From Candidatus Bathyarchaeota archaeon (GTDB taxonomy: Archaea > Thermoproteota > Bathyarchaeia > Bathyarchaeales > Bathycorpusculaceae), in NCBI GenBank assembly GCA_963832745.1, contig CAWHVC010000001.1:512001-576000 (forward strand): a stretch of 64,000 bases of DNA. Reading direction: 5' to 3'. Below are positions 38,802-49,880 of this stretch, piece by piece. The notes under the pieces are model-generated. The model was not told where the DNA came from and ran no database searches. It saw only the letters and a program-made list of their open reading frames with translations. Every line of letters starts with the position of its first letter. The stretch's first letter is position 1. Made by a program: the position numbers and the translations under genes.

Positions 38802-39713
38802 TTATAGTGTTTTTTGCGGTTGTATCTCGTAGAGGCTGGACCAATTTTTTCCTGTAACAAAAAGCTGGTTTGTCTCAGGGTTGTAGGCAATTCCGTTTAG
38901 CACCGCATTTACGTTATTTGAAATATATGGCCTCGCTAAGTCAGCCAAATCTATGTAAGCTTCAATTTGACCTGAAGTTTGGTTTATCACCGCAATTTTT
39001 GAGCTAAACCAAATGTTAGCGTAAATTGTGCCGTTAACGTATTCTAACTCGTTAAGTTTGTCAACTGCCCCGTTAGCGTCATGCACGTTTATGCTGCCGA
39101 TTGTTTGGTAAGTGTTGGGGTCCAAGAAATACAGGTTTGAGGTGCCATCGCTCATAATCAGCCGGTTTCCATCATAAGTTATCCCCCAACCTTCAGTGTT
39201 AAGGCTAAAATTGCCCAACAACTCAAAAGTTGACTTGTCATAAACAAACCCAACCCCGTTTTGCCATGTTAACTGCACAATCTTATCGCCTACAACTGTT
39301 ATGCCCTCCCCAAAATAGTCATACGGCAAATCATACTCCAACAAAATTTGGCCATTATCTAAGTTTACCCGCCGAAGAGATGAATCAGCTTTTAACCCTG
39401 TACTTTCAAGCAGGGTACCATCAGCTTGTATAGCTAGACCTTCCGTGAAGGCTGACGAGTCATGAGGGTAAGTATGAACAATACGGTAACTGTACAATGG
39501 AACACCATGATATGTTATTTGGGTGGGATTGGGTGAAGGCGTCGGAAGTTGTGTTGATGCAATCCCTGTTGGTGTTTGATTGGACGATTGCGTTGGAGAA
39601 GTTGTCACTTGAGAAGCATTCGGCAGGGGTAAGTTTAGCAAAATAATTGATGCTATGCCAACAAATAGGGTTATAATGGCTAAAACAGCAATTACGCCGT
39701 ATGCCTTTCTCAT
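38802..39713 (-). CDS. Glutaminyl-peptide cyclotransferase (bacterial/plant type), membrane-anchored
   Basis: YPHDSSAFTEGL, ESTG, FGEG, QLTW, EGWG, MSDG, LNELEY, VLNGIAY, VTGKNW. Confidence 0.93.
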   Translation of the reverse strand: MRKAYGVIAVLAIITLFVGIASIILLNLPLPNASQVTTSPTQSSNQTPTGIASTQLPTPSPNPTQITYHGVPLYSYRIVHTYPHDSSAFTEGLAIQADGTLLESTGLKADSSLRRVNLDNGQILLEYDLPYDYFGEGITVVGDKIVQLTWQNGVGFVYDKSTFELLGNFSLNTEGWGITYDGNRLIMSDGTSNLYFLDPNTYQTIGSINVHDANGAVDKLNELEYVNGTIYANIWFSSKIAVINQTSGQIEAYIDLADLARPYISNNVNAVLNGIAYNPETNQLFVTGKNWSSLYEIQPQKTL

Positions 39714-39841
39714 AAATCGAAATAATACAGTTGCAGGTTAATATGGTAACCGCAAAAATGGGCTAAACAGAATAGCGAAACACTTAAGTGTACAAAAAAT
39801 GTATTTTGTCTTTAGATTACCAAAATAGGATGTAGAACCAA

Positions 39842-40417
39842 TTGGCTGTTGAAGGTTTTTTCGAAAACAAAAAAGAACCAGTAGAAGCAAAAGTCGGAGA
39901 GTTAACCCCACAATCACGCGCGGTTAACATTACGGCCAAAGTAGTATCCAAAACTGAAATACGCGAAATTCCAATGGGCAGAGACGGATCAGCACATAAA
40001 GTCAGCGACGCATTAGTCGGGGACGAAACAGGTGTTGTATATCTGACACTTTGGGATGACAACATTGAAAAAGTAAACGACGGCGACACCATCCGCATCG
40101 AAAACGGATACGTAACACTCTTCAAAGGCAACATACGCTTAAACATCGGCAAATACGGCAAACTCGAACCAGCAGCTGAACCACTAGCAGTTGAAGTAAA
40201 CTCAGAAAACAATGTTTCCAGCAAGACATACGAGCAAGAGCGCAGACCATACAGAAGCGGCGGCAGAGGCGGCGGAGATAGACGCGGAGGATACGGCGGT
40301 GGCGGCGGCTACGGCGGACGAGACAGACGCGGCGGCGGAGGATATGGCGGTAGCCGAGATAGAGGCGATCGTCGCGGTGGCGGCGGTAGCGGCGGCGGTT
40401 ACAGACCAAGATACTAA
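39842..40417 (+). CDS. ssb: Single-stranded DNA-binding protein (single OB fold, RG-rich tail)
   Basis: VNITAKVV..VGDETG..LTLWD..IENGYV..LNIGKYG followed by GGR/GGY repeats. Confidence 0.93.
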   Translation: MAVEGFFENKKEPVEAKVGELTPQSRAVNITAKVVSKTEIREIPMGRDGSAHKVSDALVGDETGVVYLTLWDDNIEKVNDGDTIRIENGYVTLFKGNIRLNIGKYGKLEPAAEPLAVEVNSENNVSSKTYEQERRPYRSGGRGGGDRRGGYGGGGGYGGRDRRGGGGYGGSRDRGDRRGGGGSGGGYRPRY

Positions 40418-40544
40418 GCGCCCAAAGTGTTGAATGGATATAGAAAGATTTTTTTCTTTTTTTATACTTATTTTAGAAGAATTTTTGACCCAGATGCTCT
40501 TAAGTTAACGCGTTAACAGATGAAAATCAAATGCCATTTATCAA

Positions 40545-40973
40545 TCATAATTCAATTGGGTTAAAAGAGAAAAAAATTGAAAGTTGATTATTGCTGTTTT
40601 TTGATTTAAAGACCGTTAAGCCAACTACCATTACAAATGCTATGCCTGCTGTGCCTAATAATGGAACTTCTGGAACAACGTTAAAAGAAGTTGCCTTTGT
40701 TGCCAACCGTGTATCGCATGAGGAACAACAGCCGTTATTGTCGTAGAATTTTGCTTGAACACCCCATTCACTTAGTGAGTCAGGGGTATGGGTTGAGATT
40801 GCGTATCTGACAAGTTTTCCATCGTATTTTGTTCCGTTAGTAAACACCTGGACAGTTTCCTGATACTTTAATTGCCCTGTAGCGTTTTTCCAAATGAAAA
40901 CAACGTAGTCAACATGGCTATTTGTTGACAGGGCAGTAACTTTAACTGGCCTCCCCATAGAAACATCTTGCAA
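40545..40973 (-). pseudogene. Probable 5'-truncated surface protein with VPE-TM C-terminal sorting signal
   Basis: Ends SFNVVPEVPLLGTAGIAFVMVVGLTVFKSK; no signal peptide; in-frame TGA just upstream. Confidence 0.55.
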
Positions 40974-41053
40974 CTTTGTTGTTGGATGCTTTGTTCAAAT
41001 AACCAAGATTTATAATCATGCACCGCTTTTTCAAAGTAATTAGGGCGACATTA

Positions 41054-42433
41054 ATGGTTACTGACAAGTCACAAACTAAACCAACAGTAGAGGAATTACT
41101 TGCTAAGGCAAAAAAACCTGCCCAGTTATCACTACCCATGCATAGGTTTTACGAAGGAAAAATGCAGGTTATACCCAAATGCACTATCAGAAGCGTGGAT
41201 GACTTTGCAATATGGTACACTCCAGGTGTCGCCGCTGCATGCCGAGAAATCCAAGCAGACCCTGACAAATCCTTTGAGTTAACAAACAGGTGGAACTACG
41301 TTGCAATAGTCAGCGACGGCACACGTGTCTTAGGCTTAGGTGACATTGGACCTGAAGCCGCAATGCCCGTTATGGAAGGAAAAGCTCTTTTGTTCAAATA
41401 TCTTGGTGGTGTAGACGCGTTTCCAATCTGTTTAAGAACAAAAGACCCAAACGAAATAATACAAATCTGTAAAGCTCTTGAACCCACTTTTGGAGGCATA
41501 AACCTTGAAGATATCGAGAAGCCCAAATGCTTCCAAGTGCTTGAAAACGCTAGGGCAGAAATGAACATTCCAGTTTGGCATGATGATCAGCAGGGGACAG
41601 CAACCGTAATTTTGGCAGGATTAATGAATGCCTTTAAGCTGGTAGGTAAGAATCCAAAAGACAGCCTCATCACGTTGGTCGGTTCAGGCGCTGCAAACAT
41701 CAGAACCGCTTACGTGCTCATGCGTTGGGGCGTAAAACCTGGAAACATCATCTTGGCAGACACTAAAGGCGTCATTTATAAGGGCAGGCCAGACATCACT
41801 GAACAAGAAGACCCATGGAAGTATGATGTTACCCAAAAAACAAACGCGGAAGGCAGAACTGGCAGCATAGAAGAAGCCTTCAAAGGTGTTGATGCAGTTG
41901 TAGCTGCCTCTAAACCCGGACCAGGTACAATAAAGCCTGAGTGGGTAAAAAGCATGGCAAACGACGCTATTGTTTTTGCTTGTGCTAATCCGATTCCAGA
42001 AATTTGGCCATGGGAAGCAGAAGAAGCAGGTGCACGAGTAGTAGCAACTGGACGCAGTGACTTCCCCAACCAAGTTAACAACAGCATGGGCTTCCCAGCC
42101 ATCTTTAGAGGCGTCCTTGACGTTAAAGCAAAAACCATCACTGATGACATGTGTATTGCCGCAGCTAGCGAACTCGCAAATTACGCTGAAGAACGCGGAA
42201 TGGATGAGAAAAACCTGCTACCTCGAATGGATGAGTGGGAAGTTTTTCCCAGAGAAGCGGTAGCATGTGCGTTAAAATCTATTGAGCAGGGCGTAGCAAG
42301 AGTAAAACCAAGCAGGCAAGAACTTTACGAGCGTGCGTCAGCCATTATTAAAAATGCGAGGGAATCAACCGAGTTGTTGATGAAACATGGCTTGATAAAG
42401 CAAGCGCCTTCTGATGCTGAGCTTCTAAAATAA
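41054..42433 (+). CDS. NAD(P)-dependent malic enzyme
   Basis: YTPGVA, DGTRVLGLGDIG, VMEGKALLFK, INLEDI, HDDQQGTA, ATGRSDFPNQVNN. Confidence 0.97.
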   Translation: MVTDKSQTKPTVEELLAKAKKPAQLSLPMHRFYEGKMQVIPKCTIRSVDDFAIWYTPGVAAACREIQADPDKSFELTNRWNYVAIVSDGTRVLGLGDIGPEAAMPVMEGKALLFKYLGGVDAFPICLRTKDPNEIIQICKALEPTFGGINLEDIEKPKCFQVLENARAEMNIPVWHDDQQGTATVILAGLMNAFKLVGKNPKDSLITLVGSGAANIRTAYVLMRWGVKPGNIILADTKGVIYKGRPDITEQEDPWKYDVTQKTNAEGRTGSIEEAFKGVDAVVAASKPGPGTIKPEWVKSMANDAIVFACANPIPEIWPWEAEEAGARVVATGRSDFPNQVNNSMGFPAIFRGVLDVKAKTITDDMCIAAASELANYAEERGMDEKNLLPRMDEWEVFPREAVACALKSIEQGVARVKPSRQELYERASAIIKNARESTELLMKHGLIKQAPSDAELLK

Positions 42434-42511
42434 TTTTTTTTTAAAAAATCTTTTTTTCGGGGAAAGTTATTTAAGCCGAAAATTGTGACATAGCCTTCTC
42501 AGGGAACAAAA

Positions 42512-43096
42512 ATGCGTTCAGATGTTACATTGTATGTTGTTGCAGTATTCTTTTTTGCACTTACTATTGCTTCAGCTTTCATATTTAATGAAGCAGAAAG
42601 AAGTTTATGGATAGTTTCCACTGCGGTTCTGGGCATCCTTTCAGTCGGCTTAGGGTACTACCAGAGGCCAAAAGCAAAGGTCAGTATCCAAAAAATGCAG
42701 AAAGCCCCTGTTGCAACAGTCCCTGCAGAATCAATTGTACAACCAGTGTCAGTTCAAGTAGAAACTCAAAGTGAACAAGCAGCAATCATCGAAACAGTTC
42801 CTGTTGGAACCGCCGAAATAGAAGCAGCGAGACCTACTGTTGAACCTCTTGCGTCAGAAGAACAGGCATCCATAGAAATAACACAAGCAGAGGCAGCCGC
42901 TGCCCCGGTTGAGAAACAAGTTGAAACGGCGTTAACAAATGTTAAGGGTATCGGGGAGAAAAGAGCCGCGCAGCTTAATTCTTTGGGGATAAACACGGTT
43001 GAAGAGTTAGCTAATGCATCAGTTGCTGATGTTGCAGAAAGTTTGAAGGTTTCGGCGAAGATTGTGGCTAAATGGGTTGAAGCTGCAAAACAATAA
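42512..43096 (+). CDS. Membrane-anchored helix-hairpin-helix domain protein
   Basis: Two N-terminal TMs, A/E/P linker, LTNVKGIGEKRAAQLNSLGINTVEELA. Confidence 0.85.
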   Translation: MRSDVTLYVVAVFFFALTIASAFIFNEAERSLWIVSTAVLGILSVGLGYYQRPKAKVSIQKMQKAPVATVPAESIVQPVSVQVETQSEQAAIIETVPVGTAEIEAARPTVEPLASEEQASIEITQAEAAAAPVEKQVETALTNVKGIGEKRAAQLNSLGINTVEELANASVADVAESLKVSAKIVAKWVEAAKQ

Positions 43097-43109
43097 TAAA
43101 AAAAGAAAT

Positions 43110-43412
43110 TTATGGGAAAGTATGCATGTAGGTTGCGTGGGCTTCCAGCGGCATCATTTTCACAATGTTTCTTTTTTCTAATCTTTTAAGTGCGTCAAGG
43201 CATTCGTCTTTTTTTTCGCCAGTAATGTTCAGGTTTATCATTATTTCTTTTACTGACACTGCTGGGTTTCCAAAGTTTTCGTGACGCTTATAGAGGTGTC
43301 GGACAATGGATTTCTCAAGTTTGCCGCATCGCCAAGTGGTGTTTCTTATTAGGACAACAATTGTTTGGACAAGTGTCTGTTCGTTGGCTTTTCTTCCTCG
43401 GGAATCCCCCAT
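43110..43412 (-). CDS. Hypothetical protein, possible winged helix
   Basis: Start trimmed to MGDSRG (GGTGGGG upstream); ..VKEIM..DALKRLEKRNIV. Confidence 0.65.
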   Translation of the reverse strand: MGDSRGRKANEQTLVQTIVVLIRNTTWRCGKLEKSIVRHLYKRHENFGNPAVSVKEIMINLNITGEKKDECLDALKRLEKRNIVKMMPLEAHATYMHTFP

Positions 43413-43493
43413 TTCTCCCCACCATCCAGAACAACTGGTGTCTGAGTTTTTAAACGTTTGTTTCAAAAAAGTATGGTGCAACTGAACAGTTAA

Positions 43494-43943
43494 CTATAAA
43501 TTTTTTTTAAGGTATAATCCATGCTTTTTTCCATAATACCCTTCGAGCAAACCAATCTCTTCATAACCCAACCGTCGATACAATCTTAAAGCGGAGCTGT
43601 TATCCTGACGAACCTCTAAACGGCATTCAGTGACACCGCGCGATTTTAAAATAGCCTCGCAATCAAAAAGCAATTTCTGTGCCACGCCTTTTCTACGAAA
43701 AATGACAGCTACATTGAGTGTAATAATATGTCCAAAGATGATGTCTTCTTGATTTTCGAGTTGCAAAATAATGAAACCGGCAATTTTACCGTTAGTTTTT
43801 GCAATTAAACTTATCGAGTTATAATCCGTTAACAGGTAAGAGATTTGTTGCCTGCTAAATGCTTCAGAGGTAAAACATTGTTTTTCGATTTCCACCAGTT
43901 GCTCTAGATCTTTAAGCGATGCGTCTTCGATTCTTATGTCCAT
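43494..43943 (-). CDS. rimI: RimI/Ard1-like N-acetyltransferase
   Basis: IEKQCF, GHIITLNV..FRRKGVA, LEVRQDN..ALRLY..GY...YY. Confidence 0.9.
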   Translation of the reverse strand: MDIRIEDASLKDLEQLVEIEKQCFTSEAFSRQQISYLLTDYNSISLIAKTNGKIAGFIILQLENQEDIIFGHIITLNVAVIFRRKGVAQKLLFDCEAILKSRGVTECRLEVRQDNSSALRLYRRLGYEEIGLLEGYYGKKHGLYLKKNL

Positions 43944-43996
43944 GAGTTTGATTCCTTACTTGTGTGATTGAAGCTTTTGATTTTTAAGTTTTGCAG

Positions 43997-45079
43997 TTAA
44001 ATGGCAGGTTTGTTAGGGGCTGAATTGATTATTGGTTTTAGTGTTAACCATTGCTGTGCGCCAAAACCTATGAAAAATCTGAGCCAAAGGGTGAGCAGTC
44101 TTGATAAAATTGTGGCTGTAGCTGCGATTGCTGGGTCAATGCTAAAAGCCATGTACAATGTCGTCATGGTTGCTTCGGGGAGGCCTACTTCAAAGGGGAT
44201 TCCGATTGGAATTGATTTTACTGCTAAAACAATCGCAGCTGTGATAGTAATCATACTCCAAGTAACTGAGACTCCAAGTGATAAGAAAACTAGGTACTGT
44301 ATTCCAAGGCTGGAAGCCCAAGTTATAATTAAGTAGAAGAATGAAATAATTACCGGTTTAGGCTTGTTTTTGAATTCTCTCATTGATAGGTGGAAGCCTT
44401 GGGTGATTTGATGTGCGTTCTTTTTGAGTTGGTTTAGGTCCCAATGGCCCATGCTTATGAATTTGGCGGCTTTTATTGTCCAGTTAATCAGTTTTGTTGT
44501 CCATTTCTCCTTGAAAGATAAAATAATTAACGCGATCAAAGAGGTTGAAATTGCGATGGCAACAAAAAGTATAGAGTCAAAAATTAGCGCGCTAATCTGT
44601 GTTTGGCCGCCTGTAATTAAAAGCACTATACCTACAACGAGGACGGCTACGTTCATGCCCATTCCTAAGAATCTGTGTGTAACAAGGGATGCCATTGCTG
44701 GTCCGCATTTGTTGTTGCCTTGTTCTTTTGTGATAAGATATACACGTATGAGTTCGCCGCTAACTGATTCAGCTGGGACAATTGTGTCGACAAAGATTCC
44801 GTACCAAACAAATAGGTAGGAGCGTAAAATGGATAATTTGATGTAGAGGAAATTTGTTAGTACTCGCCAGCTGATTGAGAAAAATAGTATTTCAAGGATG
44901 CTAAGGGTTGCAGCCAGTAGGTATGGCAGGGGGTTAATGGTTTGCAGGGTGGTTATGATGCCGTTTATGTCGACTTGGAATAGGTATATGTAGATGAAGA
45001 AAGCTGCAATACCAATTGTTGGAAAAAGTACGGTTTTCCAGGTTATTTTGGTTTGCGGTATCTCTTCCACCCTTTGCAC
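43997..45079 (-). CDS. Lysylphosphatidylglycerol synthase TM / flippase-like protein (paralog of 14707-15831)
   Basis: GIFVDTIVPAESVSGELIR, EVGLPE, SRLLTLW. Confidence 0.85.
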   Translation of the reverse strand: MQRVEEIPQTKITWKTVLFPTIGIAAFFIYIYLFQVDINGIITTLQTINPLPYLLAATLSILEILFFSISWRVLTNFLYIKLSILRSYLFVWYGIFVDTIVPAESVSGELIRVYLITKEQGNNKCGPAMASLVTHRFLGMGMNVAVLVVGIVLLITGGQTQISALIFDSILFVAIAISTSLIALIILSFKEKWTTKLINWTIKAAKFISMGHWDLNQLKKNAHQITQGFHLSMREFKNKPKPVIISFFYLIITWASSLGIQYLVFLSLGVSVTWSMITITAAIVLAVKSIPIGIPFEVGLPEATMTTLYMAFSIDPAIAATATILSRLLTLWLRFFIGFGAQQWLTLKPIINSAPNKPAI

Positions 45080-45379
45080 CCCATATTTAATTGGTGTGGC
45101 AGAATGGACAATATGTGATTATATATGTTGTCCTGTTATAACCAAAAATAGGTTATTATTTGTATTTAGGATGGTTTATTTTTTATTTTGGGTTTGAAGT
45201 TTATTCTGTTTTTTTGATGTGTATTTTTTAAGGTTCGGGTAGTTTATTGTTATTTTGTTTTTGTGCTTAAGCTGCAGTTGATGCATTGTTTTTGGTTGCA
45301 AATTTTATCAGTGAAGGGGCAAATGAGAAATATTTTTGGTAGGTAGGGGTTTAGTGCTTTATTTACTGCAGTGTGGAAG

Positions 45380-45600
45380 TCTATGTTTGTTTTTTTAACA
45401 GTTTTTTATTTTGTTTATGTCTAATTTGTTGGGGTTTTTTGTTTTTTGTGGGGGTGGGTGTTTTGGGGTTTTCTTGTCCCGGTTTTTGGTTGTGGGGGGG
45501 TTTGGTTTTTTGTTTTGGGGTGTTTTTTGGGTTGGTTTGGGATGGGTGGGGTGGATTTTTGTTGTTGGGGGTATGTTGGTTGGGTGGGGTGAGGATGGGC
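45380..45600. repeat. G/T-rich low-complexity tract
   Basis: Runs of G and T with very few A or C on the + strand. Confidence 0.8.
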
Positions 45601-46477
45601 TGCTGCATTGGTGTCTTATAGCAGGAACCTTCAGACTATTCACACCTGCCTGCTCAATAGAAAACACTCACGCTTCCAAGAAAGAAACTAAAATATTCAA
45701 AATCCATTAAGACAAGGTTTGATAGTTTGCAATATTTATAATTTTTTAAATATTGCATGTTTTGAATGGGTTTAACGAGGTTAACTCTGCTTCCCTCCTG
45801 GAATTTTGGGGAATGGCGAAGGAAACAGAGTTAATCTCAAAAATTGTTAAACAAATCAGAGTTAAAAAGCTTGTTTCGAAAATAAAATATTTAGAAAATT
45901 TTTAAAATTTATATTCTCAAACTTGCCAATTTTTTCCATTGATTACTAAAATTTTTCCATATTTATAATTTTGACCACTTTTCAGTTCAATTAAAGACAA
46001 TACAGCAATACAACGCTTGTGAGCCATCATGCAAAAAAGCTCTGTGTTAACCATCAACAAAAGGGCTATAAACAACTTGTCAAGTTAGAAGTAGTAGGGC
46101 AAACAATTTTTTACTGTTCAACTACTTTTAAAGCAAGTGACTGCATTATTGGCGAAACTGGCAACAACTTTGTATTACATTAAAGGTAGTAGAACGGTCT
46201 TTTTTGTTTTTGCAGTGGCTTTGTTGTGGTTGCTTTTCAAAAGTAAAGCATAAATCTGTTGCAATTTTGGTTTCTAAAAGTCATTTAAGGTCTTTTCATG
46301 ATTAACCAAATAAATTTAAAAAATTTTAAGAATAACAGCCTTATCTTTTAAAGAAAAGATAAAAATTTTCACTCTTATTCTACCAAAACCTAAAACACCA
46401 AACAAAAACAAAACAAGCAAACAATCAAGGATAAAAAAATTAAACAAGCAGGTGATAGGTTAAAAATCAGCAGTATA

Positions 46478-48062
46478 CTAATCCAAGTTAAATCTAATCA
46501 TAAGCTTTTCAAAAATATCCAGAGCAAAGGTTACTATCTTGCTTATTGGTCCAAGCCCTGCTGTCATTGCACGCAAACTGTTTAAATCAGTTATTGAAAG
46601 CGTTTTAGTTAGCATTATAGCTGCAATCAAAACAATTACATAAAATATTGCGCCGATAAACAATTCAATCACGCTTGAAAAACTTGTGAAACCTACAAAA
46701 AGATATGTAAATATAGCAGTTATTGCGGAGCAAGCAAGAATTTTAGCTGAAGAAACCCAGTCAACCGTTAAGTCATAGTGTTTTTTAATCCAAATTAATG
46801 ATAGAATTAAACTTGGAACCCCAGCCGCTATGGTAGTGAAGATCAAGCCAAAGACGCCATAGGTCATAATTAAAATGTAACCCATTGGAAAACCTATCAC
46901 AGCGGTAAGCAGTGTAAATTTTAAGTTTAATTTTGTTTGCCCTTGACTGTTTATTATGTTGCCGATGCTCAAGTTCCCTGTTGCAGTAAATAAGTAACTT
47001 ATAGATAATAGTGAAAGAAAAAGTGGCGCTGAACTGTACGAATCCCCAAAAAGTGTGGCAACCGCTGGACCAGACAAGCACATCACCAAAGCAGCAACTG
47101 GAACAACAATTAACGCAGAATATTTAACCGAGAATTGAAACACATCTTTCAGTGCAGCCCTATCCTTTTTAATGTCTAGTTTTGAGAAAGCTGGAAAAAG
47201 CATGGCGGTTATTGGCATAGAAAAGAAGCTAATTAAAACTACAAAGTTCAAGGCGGCATAATAGTTTCCGATTAGTGAATTATCTGCGTAAAATATTGGA
47301 AGAAGCATGACGTAAAATTGAGCAACAAAACCAGAAATTATCGTTAGCAACGAAATTGGCAGGCCATACTTGAGCATTTCTTTTGTGTATTCTCTTAGTT
47401 CCAGTTTGTGAGAGAACGGTTTAGGTATTTTCCGGTAAAGAAGCAAAATAAATCCAATTCCAACAAACCCTGCAACCACGGAAGACATCGTAAAACCTAT
47501 AACTGCACCTGAAGTCCCTAAACCAGCAATTACCAGACCAATTATTAGACAAGGTTTTGATAACTGATTGACAAACCAGCATAACACTATTGTAAGTTGT
47601 TTCTTCAGTTCCTGTAAACACGGCTGTTGCAGCACTAATTAACCCACCCGCCAATATTGAAATCGAAGCTATCTGAATTAGCGAAGCAATTTCCGGGCGA
47701 CTATAAATATCGCTTGCAAGATAACCTGAAATAAGAAAAGAAACTAAAGCTAAAATAATCCCCAAAGCTAATTCGAAAACTATGCCAGAGATAAATATGC
47801 TTCTTATTTCTGAAGTACGATTTTCTGCTCGATATTGAGCCGTGTAACGCACCATTGCAGAATTAATACCCCAATCCCGAAAAATCATTATCAAATTAGG
47901 AACCGCAAGGGCAATTGCATACAGACCATAGGCGTCTGAACCTAGCAAGTTTGCGATAAAAATAGTACCTACTGATGAAATGACTGTTGAGATTACCAAC
48001 CCCCAAAGGTAGTGAAAACTAGCCTTTGTCGAAGTTTTGGCCAATTCTGCTGCTTTACTCAT
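46478..48062 (-). pseudogene. Oligosaccharide flippase (Wzx/MOP family) split by a frameshift near 47550
   Basis: N-half (IANLLGSDAYGLY, DWGINSAMVRY) in 47421-48071; C-half (GNYYAA, LFPAFSK) in 46478-47635. Confidence 0.85.
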
Positions 48063-48421
48063 TTTACTCAACGCGTTGGATTTATTACGTTACGTTTATT
48101 GATTGCGGTAAATTTAGAATCGTATTCTAATATAGTTGACGTATTAGCAATTTTTATTGGAATATCTGCGATTGTTACAGCTACGCCATCTCTACCAATC
48201 AGTAACTTTCCCGAATAACATTAAATGATAAGGTTCTTGTGGCTACGGTCTTACACCAAGTAAAAACAGGGGCATTCTTGTTTGTCTAAAAAGTCTGCTT
48301 TTACTGCCCAATTTCCTTAGCGTATCTACTCAATGAACAGTTTCCGACCTAGCTATACTATAAGAGTTTCAGTAAATTTTCGTCATTAATTTGAAAATAT
48401 TATTTGAAGGAAAAAGGAGTT

Positions 48422-48736
48422 TCAGTTTGAAACTAGTTGTTCTTCTTCAGGAAGCGGCAGGTTAGCTTGAAAATGGATGCTTGATGCTTGGTAGTTTTTG
48501 TAGAATTGTTTCATTTTGTGTGTTCGTCTTCTTGCGGAGAATGCTAAGTAAAGAATTGATGTGATAAGGAAGGCGGAGTCAAGCACGTTTGGGAATGTTG
48601 GGAAGTAAACCCAATTGTTGAAGAATGTTATGAATTTTAATGCTATGCCGATTGTTCCGCAGACAAGGACAATCTGGATGCAATCGTTTGCAAGTTCACT
48701 CCAATTCTGATGCATTGCTTTCATGTGGCGTTTCAT
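48422..48736 (-). CDS. Hypothetical membrane protein
   Basis: 104 aa, two TM segments. Confidence 0.55.
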   Translation of the reverse strand: MKRHMKAMHQNWSELANDCIQIVLVCGTIGIALKFITFFNNWVYFPTFPNVLDSAFLITSILYLAFSARRRTHKMKQFYKNYQASSIHFQANLPLPEEEQLVSN

Positions 48737-49080
48737 CCTTTTGTGTTCTCAATTGGTTTTTGTTAATAAAGTATGTTATGAAACTAGGGTACTGATTCAA
48801 AATAAGTAACAAAATGTTTAGGGCTAATGCAGGATTAAACCGTTTTGGCATGTTAACAGTAAAGGGAAAAGCAGCAGAGTGGCCGCTGAAATGTGCTAAC
48901 AGGCAGGTTTAAGGTTTTTAGCATGATTTCGGCTTTAGAAAACAGTGTTAACTGCCTACCCCTGATTCTGCAGAGTTTCTAATAGAACCAAAAAAGTTCA
49001 GAAACAAACCAGAGCTTGTTAACAATTTTGGCAAAACATAGCTAAAGAAAAAATTACAAAAGTAGAGAAGAAAAAAGAAG

Positions 49081-49827
49081 TTAAAGTTTTAACTGCTTTT
49101 TTGCGTGCTTACTTAGCAGTAACACGGCAGATGCTGTAGCAAGTATCAATGGAACAACCACAAAAGAAATCTCTGGAACACTAGGAGTTGGCTGATTGAC
49201 AGCCCAAACATCAGAATTAGTGTTAGTCAATGTTTCCTTGGTTGTTGTTGTCTGACCATTGAGAGTTGTGTTTGTTTGATAGGAATAGTCAACAGCGATA
49301 CCTTTGATTTTGTCGAAGTATATTGTGATTGTTTCATCGGGTTCTTGACTTAAAATTATGTTTGTTTCTCTTTGGCCAGTTGCATAGGACCGAGTTACAG
49401 TGTCAGTTATTGTTTGGTGTCCACCATTTGGGTAAACGAGTTGATTTTTCTCAATGTTTGCCCTGACTATCAGGAAGCCATATGGAATATTGATTGCACC
49501 TGAATCAATGTTTATTGTTCCTGACTGAACGGTGCTTGTGCCGTTTTTAAAGGATTTAATGCAGTCTAAAGTAATGTTTGATCCGTCAACTTGAGTTATT
49601 TTGAATTGAATCTTTTGTGTATTGTTCAAATCTGTTATGTAACTGGGAGGGATTGCTGACGGGTTAGTGGAAGTCCAAGTAACGTTATAGCTGTAATCAA
49701 ACGTTTCACCCTTTGATATCCCAGCAGTGGTTGTTTGGGCAAATGCAGAAAAAGCTATTGAAGATGTCAAGCAACATAATGTTAACAGTAATACTGTAAA
49801 TATTGATCTTTTCATTTTCTTGTCCAA
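49081..49827 (-). CDS. Secreted surface protein with C-terminal VPE-TM-basic (PEF-CTERM-like) anchor
   Basis: Signal peptide, Thr-rich beta domain, PTPSVPEISFVVVPLILATASAVLLLSKHAKK. Confidence 0.8.
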   Translation of the reverse strand: MDKKMKRSIFTVLLLTLCCLTSSIAFSAFAQTTTAGISKGETFDYSYNVTWTSTNPSAIPPSYITDLNNTQKIQFKITQVDGSNITLDCIKSFKNGTSTVQSGTINIDSGAINIPYGFLIVRANIEKNQLVYPNGGHQTITDTVTRSYATGQRETNIILSQEPDETITIYFDKIKGIAVDYSYQTNTTLNGQTTTTKETLTNTNSDVWAVNQPTPSVPEISFVVVPLILATASAVLLLSKHAKKQLKL

Positions 49828-49880
49828 CCTTAATTTTTTAAAAATAAAAAAGGATTAAGAGTGATTTTGGTGACTTTGAA

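Noticed and set aside
40250-40400. GGC-rich tandem repeats and overlapping ORFs
   Set aside because: They encode the Gly/Arg-rich SSB tail.
45373-45710. Four overlapping ORFs in the G/T tract
   Set aside because: Artefacts of low-complexity sequence lacking stop codons.
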